Source: Minisyncoccia bacterium
GTDB taxonomy: Bacteria > Patescibacteriota > Minisyncoccia > Phycocordibacterales > UBA918
DNA length: 64,000 nt
Direction of reading: 5' to 3'
NCBI GenBank assembly: GCA_041750655.1
Contig: JBGSYZ010000011.1
Span: forward strand, 1,794-65,793
The translations under genes were made by a program, and so were the position numbers. Shown here piece after piece: positions 8,240 through 23,200 of this stretch (position 1 is the first letter of the stretch; each line of letters opens with the position of its first letter). The notes beneath the pieces were generated by a model. That model made no database searches. It was not told the origin of the DNA and saw only the letters and a program-made list of their open reading frames with translations.

Positions 8240-11200
8240 CTAATCGGTCACTGCATAGAAGGTGTTGCTACCTTGGTGTGGCGCGGCGGCTGTACCAAAC
8301 GGAATTTGTATTCCCCAATATACATCAGCCACCACAGGGGTTGTTGTAGAAGTAGGCTTGAAAAGATCAACCTCTATTGCACTTGAGGTAGTAGCTAAAG
8401 TGGTACAAAACGCACACGCTGAATAATCAAAAGTAGTTGAAGCAAATTTCTGTTCTGATACCGGAATGGTAGATGCACCACCATCAGTTAAATCAGTACC
8501 ATCAATACTAATGTCGATATTTCCGTTTCCAATATTTTCTACAGTGGTAGTAGCGTTATAACTACCAGTATCTGCTGACGGTGTAAGCGAGCCGTAATTA
8601 ATTGAGTTTGTGGTCGATGCAAGAGTAATGGCATTTATAGTCAGAAGATCAACAGAAGGAGCAAAGGCGGAAGTAGTTGCACCGCTTTGATCAGACAATT
8701 CTATAAAACTTCGCCATGTTTCTCCTGAATACGGAGCCATGTCTGTCGCTTCCGCGAAGTAATACACATCAAACGTACATGAAAGCGTACAACTGTTCCC
8801 AGCACAGGCACTATATGCACACTGTGGAGCAGCGCTACGATAACAATTATTTTGATCTTCAGTACAGGTTTCTGTTACTCCACTTCTGAAGGTTGTCGAG
8901 GTGGCCCCAGCTAAATCAGTATAGCCGTTAAGGTCAGTGACCGTTCCACTCGCAGTAATCACAGTGGTAGTACCAGGTGACAATGTAATGTCTGCTCCCC
9001 CATTAAGACTCCACGCAGTGATAGTAGGATCGAAGGCTACCCCAAGCTCAGCTACACTCAAATAAGAATCAAGATCAGTGCCAGCATTAGTGACTCGCAA
9101 ACAATACGCGCTTGATGTTGCATTAACGGTTGGAGAGACAGCGTACTCAAGCTCAGTATACTCATTTTGATCAATATCTAATGAAGCTGTAATACTTGAA
9201 GGATCTTCTTTTATCTTACCGGAAGTAAAGGTTCCATTAGTTTCTAAGAGCAAATCTGTAGTATTATCTCCATCACTATAGTAGGTTGAGCTGACCATAC
9301 AAACTGGAGATGAGCCGCATGAAGACTGGACTGGAACTGAGTTATAGCTAGCGGCAGACACTGCTTCACAAGCCGGTGCTGCTCCCTTGGCTGCATATTC
9401 AATTTGGAACTGTTGACCAGTTATACCAAGGCCAGAATTCTCAACCGCAAAACGTACTCGTGCTACATCTCCAATCACAAAAGTATTGGCCGCGGTATCG
9501 AGCGCTGTGGCCCATGAAGCACCACCATCTGTTTGCTCTGCTCCAAAGATAACTGTTGGTTTAGTATTGGTACGGTATCTTGATGTGAAACTATCCCAGC
9601 CACCATTTTGACCCCAATAGGTAAATCCGAAACCACCACTGCTATGTGAAGAATCTGCAGCTGATGTGGTCGCTACTAATGTACCCCCAGAATTATATAA
9701 ATAAACATCTATAGTATTATCTGTTTGCCAATCAATCTCCACTTCATACCAACCAGTTGCATAAGTAAGAGTAGTGGAAGCTAGTATATTTACCGATCCA
9801 TAATTATCAGTACTTTCTACATTCTCAACCAGTGACATTCGCTCAATACCAAATTGTTCAAGACAAACTCCATAGTTAATATTACTAGTCACTGGTGACT
9901 GAACTCCAAACATAGCACAAGACTCATCACTAGAACCAGCGCCTGTATCTATGTACTGCATGTACCGAATAATTTGACCTTGACTTACAGTCCGATCAAA
10001 GCTAGCAATACCATCCGTCGCTCTAGATGACTCAAATCCGGTCGTATCAAGTCCTTTAGTACCACCAAAAGCAAATGATGAATCAACAGTAAAAAGCGAA
10101 GTGTCCCCGGAGTATGATCCAGACAAGCCTGACTCAAAATCATCAACCACAACAAACGTAGCGCTGGATGAACTAGTAGTGGTAGCGGTCACATTACTGT
10201 AGTACATGAATATATCCAGATTTCCTTGTGCTGGAAGTTCAAATACTTCAACCCAAACCGTAGCATCAGAACTAGCTGTATAACGTTCAATCCAATAATC
10301 TAGCTCTGTCACCCCATCACTTTTAGTAAACCGTAAATCCTCAAAGTCAGCTTGCATATCAGCATCGTACGTAACTGGAATTTTAATGGTAGTAGTTGCG
10401 TAAGTAGCGTTATCTGCATTAACAATTCGGACCCGTTGTCGAGCACCCCAATCAGTATCAAACCACTCTGAGGTAGGAACACCCTCTCCTCCGTCATCGT
10501 GTCGCCAACGATAATGAGTTTGTTCAACCAACAAACAAGCGCTGTCATCCCAACGAATTGAACCACAAGCATCAATACCATCAGCATCATAATCTTCACC
10601 GGAAAGATTACCGACGTGATCACGAAAAGTCCACGCATTTGTAGTCGTAGCATCAAGGTTCACGTTGAACGCGCTTATTGCTGTAGTGGTCGCAAAGCGC
10701 ACATTATCAATAAGTTTCGATGGGTTGGCATTTAGCGTCGTGGAAGCTAGCGTAATAGCACTACCTCCATCAACCGTAACTTCAAAGTCTCCATTGGAAA
10801 GTGAGGACACCGTTGGAATACCTGAGAAAGTCAAACCATTTACATCCAATCCGCGTAATTGATAATACCGAGCATTAAATGTCCCAGCATTTATATCAAA
10901 ACTGTAATTGGTACCACCTAAAGCTTGAATACTAGTACTCGCCGTAGCGGCCCCAATAATATTGAGATTACCAGCAGTTTGCGTAATCGAAGATGAAGCA
11001 GAGTCAACCACAAACACATTAACTGCTCGACTACCACCACCAAGAGCGGTGCCGTCAAAATCTGTGGCGTAGCTCCAGTACTCGGTACCAGTGGCGATAG
11101 TGTAGTTACCGTAGATATAGAGGTACCCCGGAGTATTAGCGTGGTCTTGTGAGTAGAGTGAACTAATAGAAGTACTGGCGAGCGTCGTGGTAGCGGCACT

Positions 11201-14200
11201 ACTGTCCCACATTCTGATATCCATTCCATCATAAATGTACAATGTACCGTAAGTGTCTCCACCAGCTGACTTAGTGTTGATACTGTAGTCACTTCCCGAA
11301 AGAAGTTTCAAAGTGCTATCTGTCCAGGTAGTTGCTGCTCCACCAACACTATTGCTAAATACCCCTTGTACAGCGAGTACAGTACCGGCTGTTTGCGTAT
11401 AACTAGCGGCGTTAGTGAGTAAGAAGTTTCCGGTAGTGGTCGCATTAGTGAGCATTGTCCAACCACCAGATGCACTCGCGATAGAAATGTTATTGAAATT
11501 ATTATTTCCAGGATTAATAGTTTCGCCAGCATCACTAGAATTAAACAAAATGGTACCAGAAGCGTGTGTAAATGTACCACCAGTTGCATCAAGCGAGCCG
11601 CCAATTGAAAGAGTACCAGAGGCGAGTGTTAGTGAGCCAGAATTTAAAATCAAATCATCAAGTAATGTTAGGCTATTGTCTTCCATGGTAAATGTTCCAC
11701 CACCGGTGAAAGTAACTCCATACAGGTCTGAACTGGAAGCCAGCAACGTAGCACTTGTTGAAGTTGAAATAACTAACAGTGAAGTGTTATCTACGACTGA
11801 ACCACCAGTATTTCGGAAACTACCACCGACTGATAAAACACCGGACGGCAAAGTTACTGCGCCTTTTTGTATAGTTATCGCTCCAGTCGCTGTAGCATTA
11901 GTATCGTTCATACTCCAACTACCAGTTCCATTAAATAGTAAACGATTGAAATCAGAATTATTGGCCACGACAGTCTCAGCAGTGGTAGAATCAAACACTA
12001 TTAGTCCGCCATTGGCCACAAAGTTACCACCAGTTACTGACAATGAACCAGTGATAGTGGTTGTGGCGTTCGGTAAAGTAAGAGTTCCGGCTGTTAGCGT
12101 CATATCATTGGCAACACGCAAAGATGTGTCAGAACTTGTAAAGGTGCCAGATCCATTAAGAATAAGGTTATAGAAACCGGTCTCGTTAGTGGCGATAGTG
12201 CGACCACTACCGGCTGAAGTAAATGTCACGGTAGATTGTGCTGGAGTGAAAACAGAACCAGTCCCCATTTCTAGGTTTCCACCAATAGCGTGGTTTTCAG
12301 TATTGGCCAGCGTTAATATCGCATTATCTCTCAATTCGACAGTTCCATCGAGAGCGTCAGATATTCCACCACCAGTAGTAATATTTCCTTGTGGTTCAAA
12401 CTCCTTGTTGGCCCAGACGATTAATTTGGTATTGGTGTTTAGCGTCAACGTATCAGAACCAGCATCAACTGCCGTAAACGGAATATCAGAATCGTTAACT
12501 GAGTCATAGACTGCCATATCGGCTATCAAAATCGGATCAGTACTTTCATGACGTAGAATCACATGGTCTTCGTAGATATCCATATCACCCACTGACGAGA
12601 TTGGGTCAATTGATACAGTAACTCCCTGATCACCGCCATTGCTATTTATAAACAGCGTCAACGTATCATTCGGACTGAAAGAAACACCGGAAATTGAGTA
12701 GGCACCGGTGGCAGAAGAACACGTCGAAGACGCCGCCGGGACCACTACTCCTGCTACTGCTAACACAATATTAGTAGTCACGTCATCACAGACACTAGAG
12801 ACAGACGAGGTATTGTTTTCATACACGTTTCCAGAAATTGTAATCACCGCCAACGAATCATCCCATACGATGTAGCCAGGATTACCATTATCAGCGTCAA
12901 AGTCTTCACCATCGACATCGCCGGTGTGGTTGGTAAAGCGCCATGAGCTCACCGTAGAACCAGAAGTAGTCACGTTGGTGGCGGCGGTCACACCGGTAGA
13001 AGTTGCGAAACGATTGTTAATAAAGTTTTTGGCTGGATTAGCATTTATTACTGAGCCAGCGACTGTCATTGCCGTAGCTCCAGTATTACCAATAATAAAT
13101 TCACCATTTGAAAGAGTGGTGACGGTTGGGGCACCTGAGAACGTCAAGCCATCATTATCTAGGTCTTGTAAGATGTAATATTGGGCATTAATACCACCAC
13201 CAGTAATATCAGCAGAATAGGTCCCGCTACCACCTTGCACCTGCACAGTAGTGGAAGCAGTAGTACTACCAATCATTTGTAATGAGCCTCCAGAGTATGT
13301 AAAGCTGCCACCATTCTCAACATACACATCTACCGCTCGACCGCTACCAAGCGTCGTACCATCGAAGTCTGTTGCGTAGCTCCAATAGTCAGTACCACTA
13401 CTCTTTATATAATCTCCAAATATATACAATTCACCAGTCACGTTTAGGTGGTCCATTGAGTAAACAGAACCGCCACTGGCAGTCAGGTAGGAGGTCGCAC
13501 TAGAATTCCACATCCGGATATGTGTACCAGCCGCTGCACTCAGATTTTCATACTGGTCTAATGTAGTGGAAGCATTAATAGTAAATTGTCCCGCACCAAA
13601 TAAATGTAACGTTGATCCAGTCCAGGTGGTAGCGGCTCCCCCAGCACCATTAGTAAACAGTCCGCCAACAGCCAAGCGGTTGCCAGAATTAAGAGTAAAG
13701 TTTGAAGTAGTACCGAGTGTCCAGGCACCGGTAGAAGTAGCATTTTCGATAACTGTTGCTGCTCCGGCCCCAGAAATATTCACTACCCCAAAACTAGAAG
13801 CCCCAGCGGCGATAGTAAAAGCATCGGTACTATTGAAGGTCACGGTACCACCGGAATTGGTAAACGTACCGTCATTATCCCAAGCACCACCAACAGTTAA
13901 AGTTGCACTGTTACTACCCACTAATGTTCCATTACTGGCTATATAGACGTCACCACCTATAGAACCGACCGGGTCATTGGTGTCCAACGTAAAGGTAGTT
14001 GGTGCCGTACCACCAACTCGCAGATTATTCAAAACAGGCAAACCAGTGGCAGCGGCAGTGAAAGTTGGTGTTCCCCCACTGGCTTCTACGGTAAGATTGT
14101 AGTACTGCGTATTACGAACAGTATTACCCAATACACCACCGTAGCGTACGGTACTGGTGTCTTCAAGGAAGGTTCCATTTTCTACAAAGACGCTACCGCT

Positions 14201-17200
14201 ACCAGTTAGGTTCCAAGCGGAGTTATTGGCATCAAGGAAGTGAGCGGCGTTTATAGTAAGGACTCCACTCACTGTATTGGTGGCCGTACCGCCCGGAGTA
14301 GTAGTACCAACAACCGTACCGTTTCCAAGAGTCAGGTTATTAACCGTCCAACTTTGAACACCCCCATACGTATTAGAGCGATAGATAGCGACTGTGCCAG
14401 CTCCGAATGATACCAATCCATCGCCATAAAATGAACCGTTGGTCACAGTAACATTGGCAGTACCGGTCAGGGTTCCGGTAGCAACATTAATGCCCGATGT
14501 TGCGGTAATATTTGTATTAAGATTCCAGCCGCCGCCAACGCCAGTAAATTGCAACGTGTTGAAAGCAAGGGTAGACGAAGCCGTAATAGTTTTACCAGTT
14601 GTAGTGGCTGTCATCACAAAAGTAGAAGATGCCGTCGTTAGTTTAGCGGCCGGCTCAACTATGATAGAGCCACCAACATTGTAGGTAGTAGTACCTACTC
14701 CCGTAAAGGTTGAAGTAGCTCCAAGGTGCAACGTACCATCATACACATTACCAGTGCCACCTGAGGTTAACGTTACTGGGCCACCAGGAGCAAAAGTGGT
14801 TGAAGCAAATATATAGAGCTCGTTGTCTGCCCGAACAGTCAAAGTATCGGTTGTACCAGTTGCTGCCACAAATCGAATATCAGTATCGTCACTTTCGTCG
14901 TATACAGCCATGTCTGCAATTGTGAGCGGGGCAAGGTCTTCGTGCCGAGTCATAACTCGGTTAGCATATATATCTAAATTAGTTATATTAGCGGTCGGGG
15001 TTTTGGTAATAACTGAACCTGTTGTGCCGCCATTGGTATCAAGATACACAATAATACTTGGGTCACCAACATAATTAACAGCTCCAAATGAATAGGATCC
15101 GTCTACTCCACTACATGGAGTTGAAGAGCTGTATACTCCACCATCAACCACAATCCGCACACTATTAGTCACACCGTCACAAGTTGGCCCACCCAGTGTG
15201 CTATTACCGTCATCTGCATACACTGTACCTGACACAACGATCGAATACGAACTATCGTCCCATCGAATCGATCCTGGGTTGCCGTCAGCGTTATCAAACG
15301 CTTCACCATAGCGATCGCCGGCACCATCACGAAACCACCAGTACGAAGTTGGACTGCCACTGAGAGTAACGTTTACGTTTCCACCAGCGGTCACAAAATC
15401 AGTGTCAAAGAACTGTTTGGCTGGAGTTGTATCAATAGTACTAGCGTCAACAGTAACTGCAGAAGAAGCAGCCGGAATTCGGAAATATGCATTATTAAAG
15501 GTGTTGACTGTACTTGAGCTGGTCAACTGGAAACCGCTAGCGTTTGTACCAGTAACTTCAAAGTATTGTGCTGTTACACTGGCCGTATTGGTACGCAGGG
15601 TAAAACTTCCACTTTGGGCATCTATGGTAGTAGAGGCGGTCGATGAACCAACAATACTAAGACCAGAAGATGAGGCGATGACGGTGGCGCCATTTTGAAT
15701 CCGCACGTCGACTTGCCGTGGTGTAGTGGTAGCCAGTGACACGCCATCAAAATCAGTCAGATAACTCCAGTGCTCTGTACCTGAGGTGCGGACGTAGTTA
15801 CCAAATATATACAAATCACCATCTACGCCAGTATGGTCTTGTGAGTACAAAGACGCGGTACTCAACATATTGTAAATTGTCGCACTGCTATTCCACAGAG
15901 ACACATCTCCATCACCAGTAACAGTTAACGTCGCATACACATCACTTGGAGCCGTCTTAGTGTTAATCACGTAGTCTGTACCTGAACCAAGAATTATATT
16001 AGAACCTGTCCAGGTGGTTGAAGCTCCGCCCACCGCGCTCGTAAATTCTCCACCAACATACAACGACAAACCGGAATTAAGAGTAAGTGTGCCAGCATTA
16101 GTAAGAGTGACGTTATTGGTCGATGTAGCGTTTTCTATTATTGTCCAGTCCCCACTAACGCTATTAAAGGATAGGTTATAGAACGAAGAACTGCCAGGAG
16201 CTATTGTTTCTGAACTAGAAGTTGAATTAAACAAAACAGTACCATCATTAGCATCGAATCCATCATTATTATCGAATGAACCACCTATGGATAGAACCCC
16301 GGTAGGTAAGATTACTTGACCGCTCTCAACTGTCATATTGCCCGTTACTGTAGTATTAATATCAGCCATGGTACGAACACTATCTTGCTGTGGCGAGCCC
16401 ACGGCATAAAAGTCGGTGGTTGTGCCTTGGTTGCGATAGGTAGCATCCTGCCAGGCAGTAGAACGAACTACATTTGAAATCTGGATCTCATCCAAAATAC
16501 CCTCAAACTCTATATCCCGATTTGGTCGTAAATCACCGATGGTTGAGCCTGAATTCCAAGTTCCTCCACCATCACTGGTGAAACTTAGTACGTTATTACC
16601 ATCAACGCGCACTGCGGCAGCCCCACCATCAATGGCTGTTGCCGACACATAATGCCATTCACCAGTGTTTATGTTTGAACCATTTGCCACATTACATGTA
16701 ACGCTGCTCGAAAACGCACAAAAACGGACTTCGTCAGTTGAACCTCCGCCTCCTGACCCACCAACAGTAAGCCAAGTGTAGGCACCGGCAGAATGGGCTG
16801 AGAAAATAGAATACCCATAGGTATTTGTATCTCCGCTTCCGGTAAGATTACTTGGATTAATCCAAGCCGATATTGTTATATTTGCTGCTCCTGATCCCAC
16901 ATTTCCGTAAGCAATATGTTCAGTTCCTGCAAAATTTTGTGCCTCATAAATTTGACCAAGGTTTGTCTGAGGTGGATTATTAGCTGATAGTTTAGTTCCG
17001 TCCAGACTTCCATTGGCACTATTAACAATAGTGCTGGTTGTCTCATCGTTCATATGTGAGACTAAAACGTATCCGTTGTTCCAGACATTTTGTGCTCCAT
17101 AGGTTGCAGTGACTGCGTAATCAGTTGCGGTTGCGTTTCCATAATAAATATAGAAAATTGTATCAGTAGTACTTGAAACACTCGATGCTTTAAAGTACAA

Positions 17201-20200
17201 CTCTCCAGTTTCTGCAGTAGTTGATGCTGACACAATTTCTCGAGGTACTTCGGTTATTCCGTCTGATTGTGTGATTCGTATATCACCGCCACCTGTGTTA
17301 ATTCCACTAAAGAACGCACTCGGTAAATCAGACAGATCGACATAGACTGGGAAATTAGACAAATCTCCGTCTATTACTGAAGATCGGATAGTAATTGGGA
17401 CACGTGAAGTCCACTGACTTCCGTACCAACTACCACTGCCGCCGCTTCCTTGTCTAATTCTAAGATTATTGAAAGAAGAACCATTAGTAGTAACGGTATC
17501 ATTTCCTTCTATTAAGAGTACTACTTCGCCATTGTTGTGACTAAATGATCCACTACCTGAAGTAATAAAATTACGGGCAACAGAAAGCTGTCCCGACGGA
17601 AGTACCACATTACCACTGGTAATGCGTAAAATATTACTGGTTGTTGCATTAATATCAGCAAAGGTATACGTTCCTGAGCCAGCAAATGTAACGTTATACA
17701 AATGGTTTAAGAAAGTTGTACCTCCTAAAGTAACTGACTTACTGCCTGAGCCAGTAAAGCGAACAGCACCATTGTTATGAGCAAAGGTACCACCGGTATT
17801 GAGGAATGAACCGCCAATTGTTGTGGTTGCGGTGGCTAAGGTGACTGTACCAGTAGCAATAGTGAGATTACCGAGCATCGACACACTTGATTCTGAGAAT
17901 GAAATTGATCCGCTACCGGTAGTAGAAGCAGTAACATTATATAGTGAAGAACCATTGGTCTTAATGATAGCGTTGGTGCTCGTACCCACTATCTGAATAG
18001 TTCCGGTTTGCGCAGAGAACACATTATCGTTAGTAAAATTACCAGCCAAGAAAAGGGTATTCGCACCACCAGCATTAAGCGTATCATTGGCTCCAATAGT
18101 AGTACTTGAGGCATAGACTGAACTACTAAGAGTTATGGTCTTAGCACCACCGTCTACTACTACTCGTCCGACGTTTTGTTTAACAGTATTACTATCAGAC
18201 CAGAACGATGTCCCACTGCCATCAAAGGTAGTGGTCGACACCCCGCTCCAGAAACCGTTGGCACCAGTAGTAAGGTTACCAGCCACAGTAATGGTTGAAG
18301 ACGCCCGATTGAGCGTACCGTACGTAACATTAAGGGCCCCGTTTACATCTACCGGATCATAGGTTTGCCAGGTGGCTGTCCCGGAAGTTTCACCAAAGGT
18401 AAGGTTTTGGAAATCAAGAATATTGTCAGCATCGTCAACTGTTTCCGAAGTAGAAGTAGCTGTAAAGATAATGGTCGAAGTTTCAGGCAAGAATGTAGCA
18501 TTATTCTTCCACGATCCCGAAACTCGAACAGTATTCGCATCAAGTTCAACTCGCCCACTATTAATGAAATCGTGCGTGGTGACATTTCCACTACTGGTTA
18601 CATCAGGAATATACACATCACCAGACCCTATATATAGACTGGCTTCACTACAGCCAGAAATAGCACACACTGATAAGTCATTTGACCCGTCAACATCGAA
18701 GAATATATCCTCATCCCCCGACACACTATTGTCGTAAGCTCCTAATAGTGCGTTAGTGGTTGTACCATTTTCATCTGAAGAAAGAGACAAGTGTTGTTCA
18801 AACATTTGTACTCCAGTTATGTCACCAGTTCCATCGTACACAAATACTGCTACTGCTTCGTTTGCCTCAGCCGCACCATCTACCCATACCGTCACCACAT
18901 CACCAGCAAAAGCGGTAACGTTACTGATCGACCACACTCCAGCCGATACAGTCCCGGTATTACCAAGAAGTGAGCCGTTGACTGCGGCCCGGACCGTACC
19001 GCTGGTAACATTGGTTGAACGATCGTATTGTTTCAATGTTCCCGACATTAACACTCCTTCCGACCATTCTATGGTCCAATCTTGCAAACTTGGACAATTG
19101 CCACTGGCACATGAGAAACTGCCCACGATACGAAGTGTATTGTAGGTGGACACATTAAGGCCGGTAAGGTCTATTGGCGAAGTAGTTGTCCCAATACTGT
19201 TGTTTGGTAAAGCTGCATCAGGAATATACGCCCACGATGAAGTGCTGGTTAGGTATTGGAGTCGGTACGTAATTGTACTGGTACCAGGCTCGGTGTCATT
19301 CCACAACAACTGTTCAAACTTAGGTCCAGCACCATCACTAAAGAGAATCGGTTCGCTGTAGATTTCACCGGTTAAATCTCCTCCGACTGTACTATCACGT
19401 AGTAGGACACCAGAAGCATTCTCAAACGCCAACGTAAGGATTGGTTCAGTGGTATGATTACGGTCACCAGACTCATCTACTACTGGATAATAATTCGAAG
19501 TAGTCGGAGGTGTAGCTGCATACAACGAAGCCCACGCTCCGTTACCTCCTTGCTCAGCTCCCTGCATAACAATCACCACTTCCGGTGCACTCGGTGAAAA
19601 AGCACTAGTAAACGCTTCAGCCGTTGGCGGGGCCTCGTCGTGAGAATCTGTACCAAAATCGGCATCGAATTCAGCACCATTATTAGTTCCGTGACCAGGT
19701 TCAAAAGCAATGTAATCTATGTCTTCAGGGCTATGGACAGCTGTTTCATTACTACGTCCAAGATACAGACCCATAGCTGAAGCAGTCGGTGGGTTATTTC
19801 GAGTATTTCCGTCATTAAGGTGAGCGATTACCCACGAACTATCATTCTCGGTAGAGACCGTGGCAATAACGGCTGGCGGAACACTAAATGGTGGTGAGAA
19901 GGTAACATCAGCACCGTAGCCACTGGCAGCATACCCACCCCCTCCTTGAACGTCTGACACATTTGCATAGGTACCAGCAATAACTTGAGTACCTCCGGCA
20001 CCATCTTGAAGTGTCCACACTCCAGTTTCCATTACTAAGTAGTCAACAGTAGTGGTACCGGTCAAGGTTCCAAACGGATCATCGACAATCATTTCAAAAG
20101 AATCGGCTGTTTTATTACGAACCCGCACCGAACGCTGTGCATCTCCTGTCATCGAATAGCGCAGCGAGGCCACAACCACCGGGTCATTGTACGAGACTTG

Positions 20201-23200
20201 AGTTGATATCTCTGTCCATGTACCAGCATCAAGAATAACCTTACCGTATTCCCCAACTTCGTTTGAAATAGTAACACTACCGGAAGTTGAGGCGGTCAAA
20301 CCGTTTAGTGTACCCTGTTGGAATTGTTCTCGTGTGGTTTGGAACCACGTCGAGACTGACACACTGGTATCAACAGTAAACGCATCTGGGGCTGACCATG
20401 GCGACCACGCATCTCCTCCATAAGGATCTTTAGCCCTAACTCTCCACCAATACGTCTGACCATTAGTCAGTGCTTCACCACTTTGAATGGTGTACGTAAC
20501 ACTGGCACCTGAGGCATATGGATTGCCAGAAGAAAAACCTGGTGACGTACTCGAGTTACGGGTAGTACTACTGACAAACGTGTAGTCAGTGCCCCACGAT
20601 ATTTCATACTCAAGTAAGTCACCCTGAGGGTCAGTCGTCGTAAAATCTAAGGCTGGTGTAGTGGTGGCTATTTTTTCATTATCAAATGGATCACCAAGAG
20701 TTGGTGTTTCTACACGCTGACCCCAAACAACTGTCCAGTCTTGTATAGATAAAGAGGTACCGGTGAAATTAGCAACGAGTCGAATTTGATTATACGTATC
20801 TGTATCTAGATCAAGTAAATTAATTGGCGACGTTCCGTTCCCAACACTGTTGTTTGCAATCGCACTGTCTGGAATAAGAGACCAAGAAGAACCGTTGAGA
20901 TATTCAATCTGGTACAAGATTGTGCCGCTTGTTTCAGTGTCCCCCCAGGACACTGAACCCCACGCGTTACCGACAGTCGCGTCATCAAAATCTATAGCCG
21001 TACTGGTCATAACTCCACTACTACCACTAACTGACACGGCGCCGGTTGAAGTAGAAAGACTGGTGAGAGCGTTGGTCGAGAATTGATCACCAGTTGTCTG
21101 ATGCCATTCACTAACTGTGACTGAGCCGTCAGTTGTAAAGCTATAGGCTGTTGACCAGTCGCCCCAAGTATTTGAACCACTAGGATCAAGACCACGAACT
21201 CGCCACCAGTAGGTGGTACTAGCTGTCAAACTGCCAGTACCGGTGAAACGAATCCTGGCTCCACTATCAAATGGTGTTTTATCTGACGGAGTATTTACGT
21301 TCTCAAATTGAGAAAGACTGGTCTGAGAATTTTTATCTATAACTGGTGAGCCGAACGCCACATCATCATCAACTTGTATTTGGTAACGAATATCATCTCC
21401 GGCAATATCAGTGGCCGCAAAATCTAATACTACCGGCGATGAACTAGCTGTGCGCTCATTGTTGAAAAATGAAATCAATGTTGGTGCCAGCGGCGGACCG
21501 GCTGTTTCCAATTCTGGATAACTAGTATAGGTCACCAACTCAATACCAGTTGAACGTACCATGCGGAAACAGTAGTTAGAGTTAACGCTAGCGTTATTGC
21601 TGGTTATCGTCCAATCCCATTCTCCGACTTCTCCTGGGTTAATAGTATTTTGCAAAAATTCAGAGAGGTTTTCTTCCTCGTACGTTTCAGATACTGTACT
21701 CGAAGCGAGTGTAGTAGAGGAAAGTATCGTTCCATCAATGAGGGAACCATTGTTATAACCGTTAAACGCTGCCGTGGTGCTACCAATCTCACCAACGTCT
21801 GACCAGGCAGTAGCTACCGAACATTGACCGGTATCAGCTTCTACATACTGTAACTTAAATGCAGTAGAACTGGCTGAGCCGGTAGCCACATTAGCTTGTA
21901 AGTTCATACGCAAACGCATGACATCACCATCATTGACAGCCCCTTGTCCAGTGATAGCTATACCTTCAGTAGCAAAACTTCCCTCTCCAAGTGGCCACGT
22001 ACTCGTCGGTGTTTGGTTAGTACTATTTTCATACCACCCAAACGACAGTTGTTCATACTCGGCATCAATGGTTACTTCTTGAGCTCCAAAACTATAACCA
22101 AAAAATCTATTGGCATATTTACGACCCTGCACACCACCGAGCATATTTGTTTCGTCATTGTCCTCTTCGTCATCTTCATAGATAGCATAAAAAGGTACGC
22201 CATTTGTGGACACTACTTTATACCCAGCAATAAAAGCTAAAGCTGAACCACCTTGTCCATTGTCAAAATATACTTTTCCAGGTGTGTTGGCTCCCGGAGT
22301 ACACGTAGCTCCTTCAACAAACGTGCCATCGTTTTGCTGCACTTCCAATGTAGTGGTTCCAAAGCGTGGTGAACAAGCGATGGCTACATAGGCTGAATCC
22401 GTCGGAATATAATACTGAGTTCCCATTTCATGTCGTGCCCAAAAAGCACTAGACTCGTTACCGTCTCCGTCAGCCTGTTGGATAGCAGTAATTGGATACA
22501 GAGCATTAGTCAAGCGAGCTGCCCCACCTGCCCCCTGTCCCGTAGAAGTACAGGTACCAATTGATTGTTGCTCACCACGAGTCACCCCTGAGACTGTAGC
22601 CGAACTACCGCCCGAACAATAGACAGTTGGATTAGGGTTATCAGTCACGGTCGAAATATACGCGCTACCAGTGTAAATACCAAAAATATCGCGAGTGGTT
22701 GGTGGATACGATACAAAACTATCTCTGCTACCAGTTTCCATGTGGTATACCAAAACTGGTTGCGTTGAAGTTATGACCACGCCGTTACTTCCACTACCAT
22801 CAGTAGTAGAACGGCCAGTAGTTCCAGTGGCTACACTAAAAGTTTGGCTTGGAGTACCGCTGTTACCTAAGTATGTATTAATAGTCGAACTAGCAAACGG
22901 TGAATGAATATAGTATGAACTAGTATTTCTCGTAGTAGGGACAGCAAATGTTGTCGTGGCAAATGAAATTGGAGCCAAAATATCTCCCCCCGCGGAATCA
23001 ATAGTCGCCGCAATTGGACCAAGAGAACTGATAACTGAGGTTGATGAATACGAGCTAAATGTAGTTGGTTCCCCACTATCAAGCGGTACTGGTGTGCCCC
23101 CGTCAATTGAAACTAAGTTGTTGTCTACATAACTATAAACACTTATAGTTCCCCCAGTTAATCCTTCTACTGCATAGTAAATAGGAGTAGTGGTGCTGTA

